DNA of 64,000 bases from Perna viridis. Taxonomy: Eukaryota. Positions 21,476-35,800 of the stretch are shown piece after piece. The first letter of the stretch is position 1; each line of letters begins with the position of its first letter. The stretch is taken from the NCBI GenBank assembly GCA_037379345.1, contig CM074518.1, forward strand, positions 16,306,001 through 16,370,000. Direction: 5' to 3'. The position numbers and the translations under genes are program-made. Below the pieces are notes generated by a model. The model saw nothing but the letters and a program-made list of their open reading frames with translations, made no database searches and was not told where the DNA came from.

Positions 21476-23837
21476 AATATCATTATGCTCTATCTCGAAA
21501 GTTTTTGAAAAAGCCTTAGTAACACCCTTTATTCTCTGAAAAGAAACTTTCCACACCCTTCACAAATGACTTACCAGAAACAACTTTCAAGTATGTTTGC
21601 TTCTTTCAACTTACAAGAGGTTGTTTATCACTACATCAAACGTAACAGTAAAGTTTTTGTCATCCTCTTAGATAGCGTAACAGCATTTGACACGGTGTGG
21701 CACTCCGCCTTGTTACTGAAACTTTATAGACATGGTATACACGGAAACACGTGGACCTTGATTGATAACATGTACAGTGGCATGAACAGCTGTGTGGTGT
21801 TTCAAAACAACTAGTCTCGTTGTTTTCCTCTTGAACGTGGTGTACAACAAGGTGGTGTTTTGTCAGCTCTATTTTACTTTATTTACATTAATGATCTACT
21901 TCATGATATTGACTAGTCAAAAAGCGGTGCTATGTTACTTGACATTTGTGTCAGCATTTCTGTGTAAGCAGACAATATAGCTCTGATATCATCATATGAA
22001 CACGAAATGCACAATCTCGTAGATTTATGTGAACATTATAGCACTTCATGGACGTTTAAATTCTCTCCCTCAAAAAGTCAAGTTTTACATTATGGTGTTA
22101 ATCCCAGCAATGCTTCAAACAAACTAACATCGTATGGTGACACAATACCCTTAGTTATTTCTTCTGAACATGATACTTTTGGAGAGTTCTTTAAAATCAA
22201 CGAACAAAACTTTCAATGCCTGTCGGTCTTTATGCTCATCCGTGTTGTCTGTTATCAACTCTGGAATTCACCCGTCAATTGTAAACCCACTGACTTGTTC
22301 AAAGATAGTACAACAGTTGTGTTACACAAAAGCTTTATATGGTTGTGAACTTTGGAGTAGCTTAACTCAATCTGAAACTGAGATGCTTGAACGGTCACAT
22401 AAATTCGCATGTAAAACGTTACAAGGACTCCCGAAATGAACACGTTCGGACAAGTGTACAAGTCTGTTAGGTTGGTTCAGTATCGAGTGTTATATTGATA
22501 AATGCAAGTTATTATTCTTTGGCAGAATACATGTACGTAGACTAAAATCGAATGCATTGCCTAGAAGGATTATGATGACCAGGCTATTCGAATTCAAATA
22601 TAAATGCCCTAAACTCAGCTTGGTTTTATTCCTGACGTGTATAGACTAGCTCATAAATACGAGATGACAGAACACCTTGTTACATTTATGGACATTGGTA
22701 AATTTTCATCAAAGAAAGCACGGTCAGCTATTGTCAGGGATCAGATAAAAAAGACTGAACTTTCTGAGTGGCATTCGAGGCTATCAAGCGACGAGGATTT
22801 TAACCTATTCAGATGTATACACAGGGAAATTCAACTACACGGTGCCTGGACTATTGCAAAACTTTACCCAGAACTATGAGAAGCAGCTAAACATGTTATT
22901 GACTTATGTTCTGTTATTAAACAAGACGGTAACATATTACTATGTGATCGATGTGGGATGTTCTTTTCAAATATCGCAGAGCACATCTTAGTCTCATGTA
23001 GTACATTGAAAGACAAAGGTGGTAATCTTTGGACAGACATTATTAACATTAATCCAATTCAGTTTAGCATATACCTAGTCCTAGACAGTCTAGCACCTAT
23101 TAACTTTACTGTTACTGTCTTATCCTTATCATTTATAGTGTTCGAAAATGTACGTAAATGTGCAGCTACTGTATATCAAAATTTAAACAGGTTGAAAGAA
23201 CATAATTACGAATGGACACATAATTCAAACTTATCATGTAACTCACATGTTGCAAAAAAGAAACATCAAACATTACCAAGAACTTCCGATGGGATAGGAA
23301 AAATCTCGGTCTCACTAATTAGCAACAACAAGCGTCAAGACGTGACAAGAGTTTTTTCGAGAACATGATATGAACCTTTATATAGACAATCGTAGGGTCA
23401 AATTGTTTAAGTATTTTTTATTCCATTACTATGTATATCATGACCTTTGAAACGTTGATTTTTAGCAAAAAAGTTGTCACTAATGAAAGAATTTTTTTTC
23501 TTCTTATGACGCTTTTTTATCTGCACTTGTTGCTTATTAATGAGACCCAAAATTCCGAATAATTGCGGTTTTACTAAAATGCATTATTGTTATCCCGTAA
23601 TGAAAATATTATGTTGAAGTTTTCGTGAACTTAATGTAATGATCAAATAATAAAGGTGTGACAGAAATAGACACCAAAATATCATAAAATCTATATCAAT
23701 ATCAACCAGAGTAATGGTTTTTTTTTACTTTAACTCAAAGTTTCAAAATAACCATCCAAATTTTAGCTTCATCTGTATTCTGAAAACCACAACAGAAATC
23801 TCTCAAAAATGTGAAAAAAAATCCCAAGACCAGGGAA

Positions 23838-26800
23838 ATGCAGAGTGACACGCGTTTATATGGTGTCTTTATCATATTGTTCTTCCTCAATGTCAAGTTT
23901 TGCTACTCAGATTATGGTATTTTTAATGTAACTTCCGTGTTCTGTTGTTAATTTACTACACACGAGTTCATCCAGTGGCATGGGGCCTCAACATTAAATC
24001 GTCATGACTTTTTCCATTTTTTGAGATAAATGAAAAAATCTTTTGGTACCCTTAATTGCAAATAAATCTCTTTTTATCTATTTTTTTTATATTCAAGATT
24101 ATACAGTAAAAATGATGATAATTTTATTTGAAAATAAAGGTTTACATATAATTATCATTACATGTGTATTTTTCAGGTAAAAGGGTTATGAATTCACATA
24201 CAAAATATAAAAAATTTTAACTATATGAAATATTTTACAGAACCAAAGTTGGATATAAAATAATGAAGTTATTAAGTTTATTACAATGGTAAAAAGGAAG
24301 GAAGTACAATAGCAAGGACAGACACCCCTATCACTATATTCCCCCTTTCACCTGTGCAAGTCAGGGTAATTTAATAAAGATAACATTCTTTCTTTTGTTG
24401 GAAAAGCTCAACTGAAGTCTCCTTTCTTTCAAAGCTGTAGAATAACTCCTTATTAGAGTTACCAACCTTGAATGCGCAAGACATTTTGCAGAATTTTTGC
24501 CAATTTCTTGAAATAATAATGGAAAGAAAAGAAACATTCAATTGTTGATATGGTCCTTATGATGTCAGCCCTACAAATTAATCAACCAAGTCCTTGTAAT
24601 GAAAGACTCCTAAAAGACATGTTGGGAGTTACTGCCCTTTAAAGGTAATAAATAGCTATTGTAGCAGTTTTGTATACCTTAAGAGCAGATAGGGAAAAGG
24701 TTTCAATTGCTGGAATTTTTAAATTCTTTACATACATCAAATATTCATACATGTATGTCTTAGAAATGAGTTAAGGTGAGTGATACAATCCCAATTGGGC
24801 CTCTAGTTAGTATTAACAAAAAAATCATATGGAAGGAAATTCCACACAGCCTGAACACTGGCAATGACATGTGCTCTGCTATTGGTATCATTCTGTGCCA
24901 ATTGATTTTTTTTAACTTGAAAATTATTGTTCTTGCCAGCAATTTTAGATCTTATCAGCCATTTTTTGTATCATCTGTAGAAATTTGATTTCTGTTCAAA
25001 ATGACTTTAAAGCTAATGGACAATGATTAAAACTGTACCAGCTTGGAATTATTTAGGGATTATGACCATAACCATTTACAGAGGAATTACAGGCTCAAAA
25101 CAAAATTTAGTTTCTGGTATCCCCGGAATAACTTGAGTAAGTGTATGAAATAGTACAACAATAATCAATCATAATCACTTATGAAGGACTGGATTTGATA
25201 TTGAAAATTTGGACCCTTTGGAGCTGAGTTTAAAAATAGAGATATTGAAAGGTGCTTACAAGTACATTTTTGTACAAGTACATGGGTAGACAAATTGACA
25301 AGGTGATTCCAGCACCTTATGTATTAAATTATGGTCATTTAGTCTTACTAGGTACATGTAAATGTCAAATAGCTAATTTAAAGTGTTATTGGCCACTTTC
25401 ATATTCTGCCTAGAATTCCGTGCTGTGTTAACATTTTATCACACTATAAAGCTTGAATGTTGTGTCCACACTTCAGTGTGACTTGCCCCATCTGATCAGG
25501 GTTCACCCTTTTCAGTTGTGTCATTTGGAGTAGTTCATTTTGTTTCATAAACCTCCAGTTTTACTATAGCTTTCCCAGAAAGAAACCTAAGTAATGTGAA
25601 AAATTTATTGAAAATTAAGGAAACACTGCATTCATGATTTTAAGTAATTAAGACAATTACATATGTACTTACATGATACACCTTATTTTTTAGCTCTATT
25701 GCCAGATGTGCCAACAACTGTCAAACTAGCTCCTAATTCTCAAAGTAAACTGGTAGTTAATCAGTTGTACAGTGTCAATGGGTATGCTGTGATCCAGGCC
25801 CATACCCAATACAGGAATATTACTCTTTCTCTAAATCCAGCAGGTAATAATTTCAGTAGATAAATGAATAATATCAATTAAGCAAAATACACCATTAATG
25901 TGTCTCAAATTTTAATTTTCCTGTTGACATGCTTCTATACACATGCATGTACATGAAAGCACATGTTTTATAATAGTACAATTAATATTTTGGCAAATTA
26001 ATTCAAAATATTTCCTTGTATTTCATATTCTCTCTTAAACACATGTACATGAATTTATTTCCCTATAAAGTAGGTTTAGTAAGTTTCTAGTTCTGCTCAA
26101 CCCTAAATTCCTGATTGGTAATGGTTATAAATATGGTCTTGTTTTTTAAATGCCTCTACAACAACTTTGTTAAGGGAATGACAACTTATCATCTCTTCAG
26201 AACACCCTTGTGAATACTCCAAAATTGTTATGTAAATTTTTTGCCTGGATTGCACTGGTGCAAATAAGCTTTAAGAAAGGTAAATGTCAGTTGGGCAGGG
26301 GTGTGGGGAAAATATTGTCGTTTTTTCTCAGCAACTATAAAACACAGATACTTGAGATACAAATGTATTTGGTACACAACTTGAGTATAGGGTTCTATGT
26401 AGTGGGATGTAATTTCAGGTCGGTCACACAAAACATACCATTGCCACCAATTTTTTTAAAATTTCATTCTATTTACTTTTTGTCTCGCCTGTGACGAAAG
26501 TCGCGGAAGGTGATACTTAGGTTTTGTTTTTCTAGCAACAGCGGCGTCCACAAACAACATTCAATTTTCTGATAAGTTCATTTTAACATGAACCCCTTAT
26601 TGTAGGTCAGTGATATTTGGTGTACTAGTGCATTACCATCATTGCATCACAGATTCATGCCAATTTTATGCATATGTTCCCAGCAGTCATGGTCTGTTGA
26701 CTTAGAAAATTTAATGTTAAAGTTTAATGTTAAATTTTCTGATATTCATTTAAACATGAACCCCTTATGCTAGGTCAATGATATTTGGTGTACTGATGCA

Positions 26801-29800
26801 TTACCAACATTGCATCACAAATTCATGCCAATTTAACACATATTTCCCAGCAGTCTAGTGCATTTTGTAATGGTAACACAAAAATGATAATTTTATAATT
26901 CATATTATTATACAAGATATGACAGTAACACAAAAAATAATATTTAACAAATACACCATTATATTGACAATATCAAACAGACAAGACTTATCTCTGTGAT
27001 AACAGTTTATTAAATGTACCATGTTACAATTTTGTTATTTTTACTTTAAGTTCTGCTTGCACAAACTCCACAAGTTAAATTAAGATCAATAACTCATTAT
27101 TAGTTGGCTTTTAAGTGCTGGTGATTTATGGAAACAAAAAATCATGTCAAAAACATTCAAGACAACAGTAAAAACTTTAAGTGTGTACATGAAATAATAC
27201 TGATACTTCAATTTTTTTTATCACTTACAGTTCCCCCTTTCCCCTCTTAACATGTTCGTTCTTCAAGTAGCCACCCTAACTCAGTTAAATTTTATTTGGA
27301 CAGTTTCATCCTCGAACCTCCAAATATACTTTTGTATTGCAACCAATCAACAACTTAATCATATCAACTTAGTTTGGTGCTTCTTTAATAAAAAATAATT
27401 TGTTGTCATCCAATTTACAGTGTTGCTCTAGTTTTTCTAGTAGAGCTTGGTAGTTTTTGTTCAAAAGTTAATTATCTAATCATTTTTTCAGTCTGGGTTG
27501 GGGCATGCCCTCATAGCCCATCCATTTATTTTGTTAATATGTAATTGATGCATATTAATCCTTAGAAAAAGCTGACAATGCTGTTGATTTTTGTGGTCAT
27601 GGGGTTGGGAAAATTAAGCTGAGAAACATACCAAATTTTACATGATGGAGGATGCCCCTCTTTCATGTGTTGGTCAACAATAGACAATAGACTGCAGAAA
27701 TTTAAAAAAAAGTAATTTATGTGCCTTAATTTCATATTTTAAACTTCCGTATATATTTGTGTATACTTTTAGAAGAACAAAGAAGTGAGAATTTTGAGAC
27801 TGGGACCAATGTTGGACTGGTTGTCATTTTCAATGGGCAGGCAACTTATAAAGTATTCCTAATCTCAAGACATAATGTTACAGTCAATGTTTTGGTATCT
27901 TTTATTCTGTACAATGATAGTAGGTATTCATTATAAAAAAAAAACATTTCTTATAGACAAATCTAAAGCTGGATTGTTTTCATTATAGTGTTATTATCTA
28001 CATTTCTGGTCAACATGATAAATAGGTTGAATTATAATGACTTTTTGCAATGAATTTTTATACCAGTGTGTTGTTGCAGGTGTATAGAGGTCGTGTACCA
28101 TATTTTGTCGATTTCTGAAGTTTGTCTACTATTTCCAAGTTGTCTGCTGTATTTGTTGCATGATATTTGGTTAGAAATGAATGGTTTCACGTTAATGTCA
28201 ATATTGTTTGATAATGTTGGTCATTACGGTGTCTTCATGTCATTATTTGACATTTAAGTTTATTTTGAAGAAGTGTCGTCATTCTGTTACCATGGATTTA
28301 ATTACTTTTGTTGTCAGGGCCTTTTAGAGCTTATTTGTAGATGTGTTTACACTTATTGAAAATTGGTGATCTCTGTAAATATTTAAAATTTTCTAAGATA
28401 ATTCCATGGAGCATTTTTCACTTTTCACCATATCTGTTACATTTTCTATGGTGTCTGATCATTTGTGCATCCACAAACTTTTGGTTACAGTTTGCACTGC
28501 AATTACTTATCACAGCATTGATAGAAGATTTATTATAGGATTAAGCACTGTTTTTCTAGAATTTATCAATGTGTAAAATTGGACCATTCACTCGCACAAC
28601 AAATAAAAGTCACTTGTATGTCAGGTTTGTGAGTGAATGGTCTGATTTTACACATCCATAAATTCAGGAAATACCGTGTTTAATCTTTATCATTCCAATT
28701 CCTAACTATCTGAAATACATATTTATTTTTTTCTTGAAGGCTCTTATTCAGTGAATTGACACTTGAAATTCACATTGCAAATGGCTGCATTCAACTGACA
28801 TTGTCAATTCAATATTTAAAGTATTTACAGGCTACTCGTAACTTTATTCTTTCAAAAGTGTTGTTTTAAATATACAATACCGAAAATGAATGGAATAAAG
28901 CAGATAATACTGTTTTAAGCCTCTAATGGCTCTACATTTTGTCAAAGTGATGGTAGACATGTTGTGTACATCATGTTACGTAGGTTGAATTTAGCCTATT
29001 GTAAAAACTTTCATTTCTGAGGTCATAAAAGGTGAACAACCAATCATAATACACAAAAAAGACATATGCTAATTAGATTGGAATTATATAATTAAGTCAT
29101 ATTGTTGATATCAATATTTCTGTTATTGTTGATATCAATATTTCTGTTATTTGAAATAAAAAAATCTTTTTTTCTTTGATTTCCCTAGAACTGCTAGTTA
29201 CATATTATTTTTATTTTTCAGTCTTTTACCCAGTCCCAGGTGGTTGTAATATTGAGTTCAACATGGCAAATGATCCTAACCTCAAAATGTCCTACGGTAC
29301 TTACATGAGCCATGTAGAGTTCCAGTTTGCGAGGGGATCTGTGAATGACAGACGATGTGAGAGGTCTCCAGCTTTAAACAAAATGTCTTACCATCTGTAT
29401 GTCTATTACATTGGTAGTGCTGATTTGTCAGAAAAAACATATTTCAATTCAATGAAGAAGATAATGAACTATAGTGGTATCATGGAACATGCAACTAGAG
29501 TGAGTGTAGAGAATAGGGATTTAAATATTCTAAATTTAGAAATGATTGAATGTTTTGTTGTTTTATCTTTTTGTTTTTTGTTGTTTTTGTGGTGGTGGGA
29601 TGCAGGGGCAAAATGAAAATGGCCTGTAATTGGTGTTGCAAAAACATGCAATACTTAATTTTTAACATTGGTGAAGTTTTTTTTTCTTCCCAAAAAATAA
29701 AAATGATTTTAGATAGAGAACTTAATGACTAACTGCAATTATTTCTCAAGTTAGGGTAGTTTTTTTAAAGTAAAATGATTGATATTATTTCAAATATTTT

Positions 29801-32800
29801 GAAAATATCTTGATTGCCAAATTATTTTTGTAGTATTTTTTTTTACTTTAAATGTTTTAAAAAAATATATGTGTGAATGTTTTAAGTGGTTCATGATATT
29901 GTAAATTGCTCTTGAATAAAAAAAGATAAAAAAAATTATTCTCTGAAATTAATAATACAAATCATGTGCAATGGCCTCCTATTTGAATTCTTGATTATTT
30001 TATGTATCAGTATTGTCATATTTAATTTAAAAAAAAATAATGGAACTAAAATTAGCCAACAAGGAAGTGAATTTTGAGGTATATATATATACACATATGG
30101 AATAACGCTGTCCATGACTTTTTAATATCCACCATTCCAGGTGAAAGAGTTTAAATATTCTTCCTCCATGAAACCTCTGTTAAGTTTACCATCATACCCA
30201 GGACAGGGAGCTGTTTATAGCCTTATTGTCAAATATGATGGGGCAGTGTCTGCTTATGTTCCCATAGCAACCTATTCATGTGACCTGTATGATGATATCC
30301 AGTCTAGCTGTAGATACAGCAGTAAGTGTTCCTTCTCCTTGATATGTCGTTATGTAGATTTTTCGTGATCATCTTTGGATGACTATGCATTTTATAGTAT
30401 ACTGTCAGACTTAGCTTCCTTTGAAATGTATTTTGTGCAAATTTGCTTTTTTTACAATTTGATGAAAACCAAGTGTTGTCCTAGAGTCTTTCAATTTTGC
30501 TACCATTCTCTTTGTCTTTGAATTTGAAGTTGAGTTTTGTTATAAATAAGAAGTCCCAGGGTAGCTTAGTGTAAAAGTAAAAAAATATGATGTCTTGCAT
30601 TGATTATTAAAAGAATAGTTCTGATGGATTTTTTCTTCTTCTTTTCTAGCGATTCAGATGAAATGTTCATGATATTAACGTTCAGTTTGTTCTTTAAATC
30701 GTTTACATATATTTTTGCAGACACTATAACAAAAGTTCTCATTGCTGTAGCTGGTGTAGTTGGTCTGTTTTTGTGCTTTTTTGGACACAGGTTCTTTCAG
30801 ACAGGTACATTCATAATTAATACTATTATACATAAATTCTCTATTGAAAATTCAGATTGAATGAGAACTTTTATGATAGCTCTCAAAGTACTTTTAAGCT
30901 CACTTGGACCATAGGTCCGTGTAAGCTCCATGTAAGCTGTTGCAGCTGTTAATTTTTGTCATTAATTTTACTTTAAAATCTTTTCCTCTGGATGTTGTAA
31001 CTTTAATCACCAAGTGTCTATGGGGTACCCAGAATGACCTCTATTTTCAATTTGAAGATCTCTCCATTAGTTGATTTTTTATTTAAGTATTTACAAAAAT
31101 CCATACAGAAGTTATTGCCTTTTAGGGCTAAAAAATGGTTTATAATTTGTTTTAATTTTTGCTCCTATCTTGAGTATAGTAATAGGTAGAAAAAAACTTT
31201 CAGTTACTGAAATGATCCTTATAATTTGGCTACAAAAGTTTCTTTAGGTTCAAAGTGTTTGATTTCTTTATAAAAGTTGTTCCTCTTGAAAGACACATTT
31301 TGGGGTTCAGGTTCTATTTAACAGATCCTTATGACAAACCCTAATAAAACTCTCATTACCCAGCCGTACTAGCTAATTCTAAGTTAAAAACTGGTGGTTT
31401 AAATACATCAATCTGTAAATATTTAGTGGATTCTTTATTATGTGAAATTAAAATGAAAAATGACGAACCCTGTTATAAATATAAAACAATATCAAAAAGT
31501 ATAGTACTAAGAGAGATAACTCATTTACATATACAACATTGTACTTGATAAATATGAAAGGATTTACTTATTACAACATAGAAATTCTAATCAAGTAAAT
31601 GTAACATAGTAATATCTTGTTTAAAAGGAATTCCAGATCTTTAGCAATGTAATAATTATACATCTTTATATCAACTATCAAGTCTATATTGCAATAACTC
31701 CCAAAATCAAAGTAGAGCACAAAATAAAACATATCATGAAAGAAAGAATGAAACAAACTAAACTTAAAGTAAAACAATAAAAAAAAAACATGCAACACTC
31801 ATTTCTTTACCTCACATCAAATTTGAAGTTTAGTATCCTCCTCTTTTTGGCTTATCTAATACTTAGTGTCTAAACTATAAACCTGTACAATTATCATGTG
31901 TCTACATATGTATGATATAACCAGGCTTACACATGTTCCCAATCAGTCAAAATTGTACAACAACTTCTTGTAGGAGTTGGTCATTTTGAAAGATAGAAGT
32001 GACAATTTTTGCTGAAATAGGTTTCTATTTAAAAAAAAACATAACATAGATAAAATTGATCCTTATGGCAATGCATACATATGTCTTGGTGAAAGATTTT
32101 ACAACAGTTTATTTAAAAATAATTTCCTCCCCTTAATATAATAAGCTAAGCCTTATTAAAGCTCAGATGTATTGTTAGTTTCTGAGTCATGTCTGCAGAA
32201 TGCAATAGTTCTTGAACTTTAGGTTATAAGAAAGTAAAACCTTTGGTATGAGGTATTGTGGATTACATTATTTAATATTAAACTTTTTTTTGGTTACAGG
32301 GAATTGGTTGATGTCTTTCTGTGGATTCTGTGCTGTGTTTTATGTCGTACTTCATTTTGGACAATCAATGTCATTAACTGGTAACTATATACCATAACAA
32401 CAGTAAATATAAACTTCTGTTTTGTTGAAGTTTATTTTACAATTTAAAGGTTGCTTGCAAGATAAGAGTACCCGGTACTTTGATCTCCTGGATATAAAGT
32501 TTGTGTTTTATGATACAGCAAGATGATAAGCTGTTTTTAATTATTTGGAACTCAATGAAAAAGGCAAGGAATCCTAGTGGATTTCTTTTACAAATCTTTT
32601 CCTTTATACAAATTACACAAATTTTGGCTTCATTTTGAAATATGCATGGATGAATATAATAAAAAAAAGTTTCGTTAGTGAGGTTTCCAAACATTTACTT
32701 ATAAATTATGTAATTTCCATGTTGAAATGTACCAAGTGTATTTTCAGGGCTGAATTTAATGTAAACAAAAATATCCATTTCAGACACTGCTTAAGAAAAG

Positions 32801-35800
32801 AATCTAATTAAAATATAGAACCACTGGTTTATAGACCAATGTCTTATGTCAAAGGGACATGATGGGCCAAGTAATAAACAACATTTACTCATGTAACTTA
32901 AAAGATTAGCACAACTGTCATGGCAAATAGTCAGTCATTGACCAAATCATTTAAACGTCTATATTATCCCTGTCAAAAGAAACTTTAATCATTTTGTGTT
33001 AATGGTTTTTAGTGTTATTTGTTCTTGCCTGTATATTGGCTGCAGTAGCTGGTGCCCTGTGGTTAATGGTGTGGTGGTGCATTGGACAACCAGTTGTATC
33101 TGTACTGGTTCCTGGTCTAACTGCTGGTTATGTCATAGCCAGTATACTTTTCTTTACACCATTGGGTACGTAAGTACTGCATTGTAATTTATATATATAT
33201 ATATGTTTTTTTTCACAATATTTTGAAGAACAGGGGTGTAAATTCCATGTGATTTTAGAAATCATTTCCAACTGCAAGTAATGACTTGGTGTAGCAGAAG
33301 AAGGTCAAAATTTAGGATTTTTAGCACTTTTCATGAGTCCAAAAATTGAGAGTAAATTTTTTTCAAACCAAAGCAAAAAGCCCCACCTGTTGATATCATT
33401 GTGCTGCAGAAAGTTTTTAATGATCATGTTTTTGTCAGTGAATTTTTTTAATTTGTTCATGTGTATACATGTGCATGTATATGGAATGACACTTAAAATT
33501 CAATTATGGTCCTTTATGTTGATGGTCACAGTCATATTATCAATTTCCCTCCACTCAAATATGATCTGTAAAATTTAATCACTGTTTTGTCTAATTATAA
33601 AATAAGAATATAGATGAAATAGTAATTACTATATACTGGTACTATACTAGGTAACCTGACAGGGTTACTTTATTGAGTCAGTGACAAATACACATATCTA
33701 GTTTTATATGCTCTCGTTTGTATTTGATAACAGCAACTTTATACAAGTAATTTAAGTTTGCAGGGTAAAAAGACTCATAAAACATATGCATTTAAATTGT
33801 AATTAGACAGTGCTGTCTTTGATGTGACATTCTAAATTTTTTATATTAGAAATTGATTATACAATTTTTACAGGTAATCTCCATTACTGGTCGACCAGAT
33901 ATAACTATGGAATGTCATTTTCTGTAGCTGTTCTTCTTATTCCTGTCTTACTGCTGTATTGGACCAAAACGGTTTGTTCTCTATGCTTTATATATGGTAT
34001 TTTAATAGTTTTCTCAGTCTTTCAGAGCACATAAATTTTTTAAAGATTGAAAGTAATTCGGAGTAGACTATGTACCACTTCCCATCATCCCTACTCAATT
34101 TTACAATCTCTGATTGATCCTAGACAACAACAGTGGCCTTGAATTTAACTTACAACATGACTGCATGGGCTTAAGGAAAATAGAACATATTATCATGCTT
34201 GTTTTTTTTTCAAAATCTGATACTATTTATTTCACACTCCTTTAAAAGTGGGAGGTATAAAGTGACAATGGTGTCTGTATATCAATCAATAGTATTAATT
34301 TGCAGCTCTTCTCAAACCCATGAAAGGAATATTATAAAACATATAAACATGCTGTTTCACATGCAAGTGTCCACCTTTTATTTTGTTCTTACATTTAAAT
34401 GACTCTTGGGGTTTCCAGATCATGCGGATGCAGAATGTGGACTTTTCCATTAGTAGACCAAGGGGTGACTCTCTTCTTATCCAAAACTCCAGAACCAAAT
34501 GGAACTTGATGAAATATTCACAAATTCTTTATCAAATGATGCCTTTGTGCACCTTCAATTTAGTTTGTCCACCTGAATTACTTTTGGGGTTTCTTATATG
34601 TTTATTTTTCTAATGCTTTTAAGAAGAAATGAGAATATTTGACAAGTTTTGTTAACTATCAGGTCATTTATAAGTTACATAAATGTATTATTTGAAACAT
34701 TGATGTGGAAAATGATAGACATCCCTTATCTGTAGTAGAGACCATTAACCTGGTCTTATCAGGCTGGAAGTCATGCTTTTCAACTTGACATAAAAAAAGC
34801 TGTTATTTTTATTACTGTACTGCCATATTCTATTTATTATTCCTGGGCACCTTGACATTTCGTTGATCATTGTTTGTATTTTGAATTCCAGCTGAATATC
34901 TTAAGCTGTGCTTTCATTGGTAGTTTTCTTGTTACTATGACAATGGATGTTTGGTTAGACTCTGGACTTAAGTACATCATGATCAACACATTTAGACATG
35001 TATATGTGGACCAGTATTTAAATGTTATAGTTACAGGGCCTTACCAAACTAAAGGTAAGAAACATCAGTTTTACATCAGCTATTGAAAATCTCCCAATGT
35101 TAAAGTTCATAAAAATAGGTTTTCCTTCAGTAATGAGAGGTTTTAGTAATTTCGCCACTATAATAATACTTTCACAGTTTAAAGACAGTCAGTAGATTCT
35201 GTTGTAGGGATTCAGATAATGCCTCACCCTCCAACGTAATTTATTGTCTAAATAACCATAGACATTCACCTGGAAACTTATAACTTATATGATTAATATA
35301 CATAACACTTCTTTCAAATATCCTCTACTCACCAGCTGGGTGGTATATTGGAACCACCTTGTTTGGGCATTCAAATTTTTGGCACAAAAAACTTTGCTCC
35401 CATTGAACAAATTAATTTCAAATTTGGTATAAAACTTTATGAGAATGAGGCATAAATGATTTTGGTTGCTGTTTGATATCAAATTTCTGTTTTGTTGGAC
35501 TTTTCCATTTTTCTCTATATTGAAAAATAGAGAAAATTTTTGAAACAAAAAGCTCAGCTTCCACTATATGGATTTAATACCACAATTTGGTTTGTGGCCT
35601 CTAATAGATAGGGTGTCGGTTGTAAGCCATTTTGCTTCAGGTACATGGGGGGTTCTTATCACAACAATGCTAGCAACTCCATGTATTATTTTATTTGACA
35701 GATATAATCCTCACTTGTTTCTGGTGCATACTGTTTATTATTGGAGTGGCCATTCAGTTCTACACAGTAAGAGGAAGGCCAGAATTTCCACCATGCCCTC

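Larger units (their letters stand above)
17217..23190 (+). mobile_element. Decayed near full-length APE-type non-LTR retrotransposon (LINE) with ORF1 and ORF2; clade uncertain (RTEX/Proto2/L2-like)
   Basis: ORF1 remnants: coiled-coil (18169-18633) and RRM-like FYVGGIN...SAQVNID...FWPEGIFMKNW (ends 19218). ORF2 starts at 19245 with MKLNIACLNCRGIMS (APE endonuclease), then LGNFN, IDHI, DHKPI. RT motifs LDSVTAFDTVWH, QGGVLS, INDLL, ADNIAL. C-terminal CDRC..EHILVSC. Many stops and frameshifts; boundaries approximate. Confidence 0.9.
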
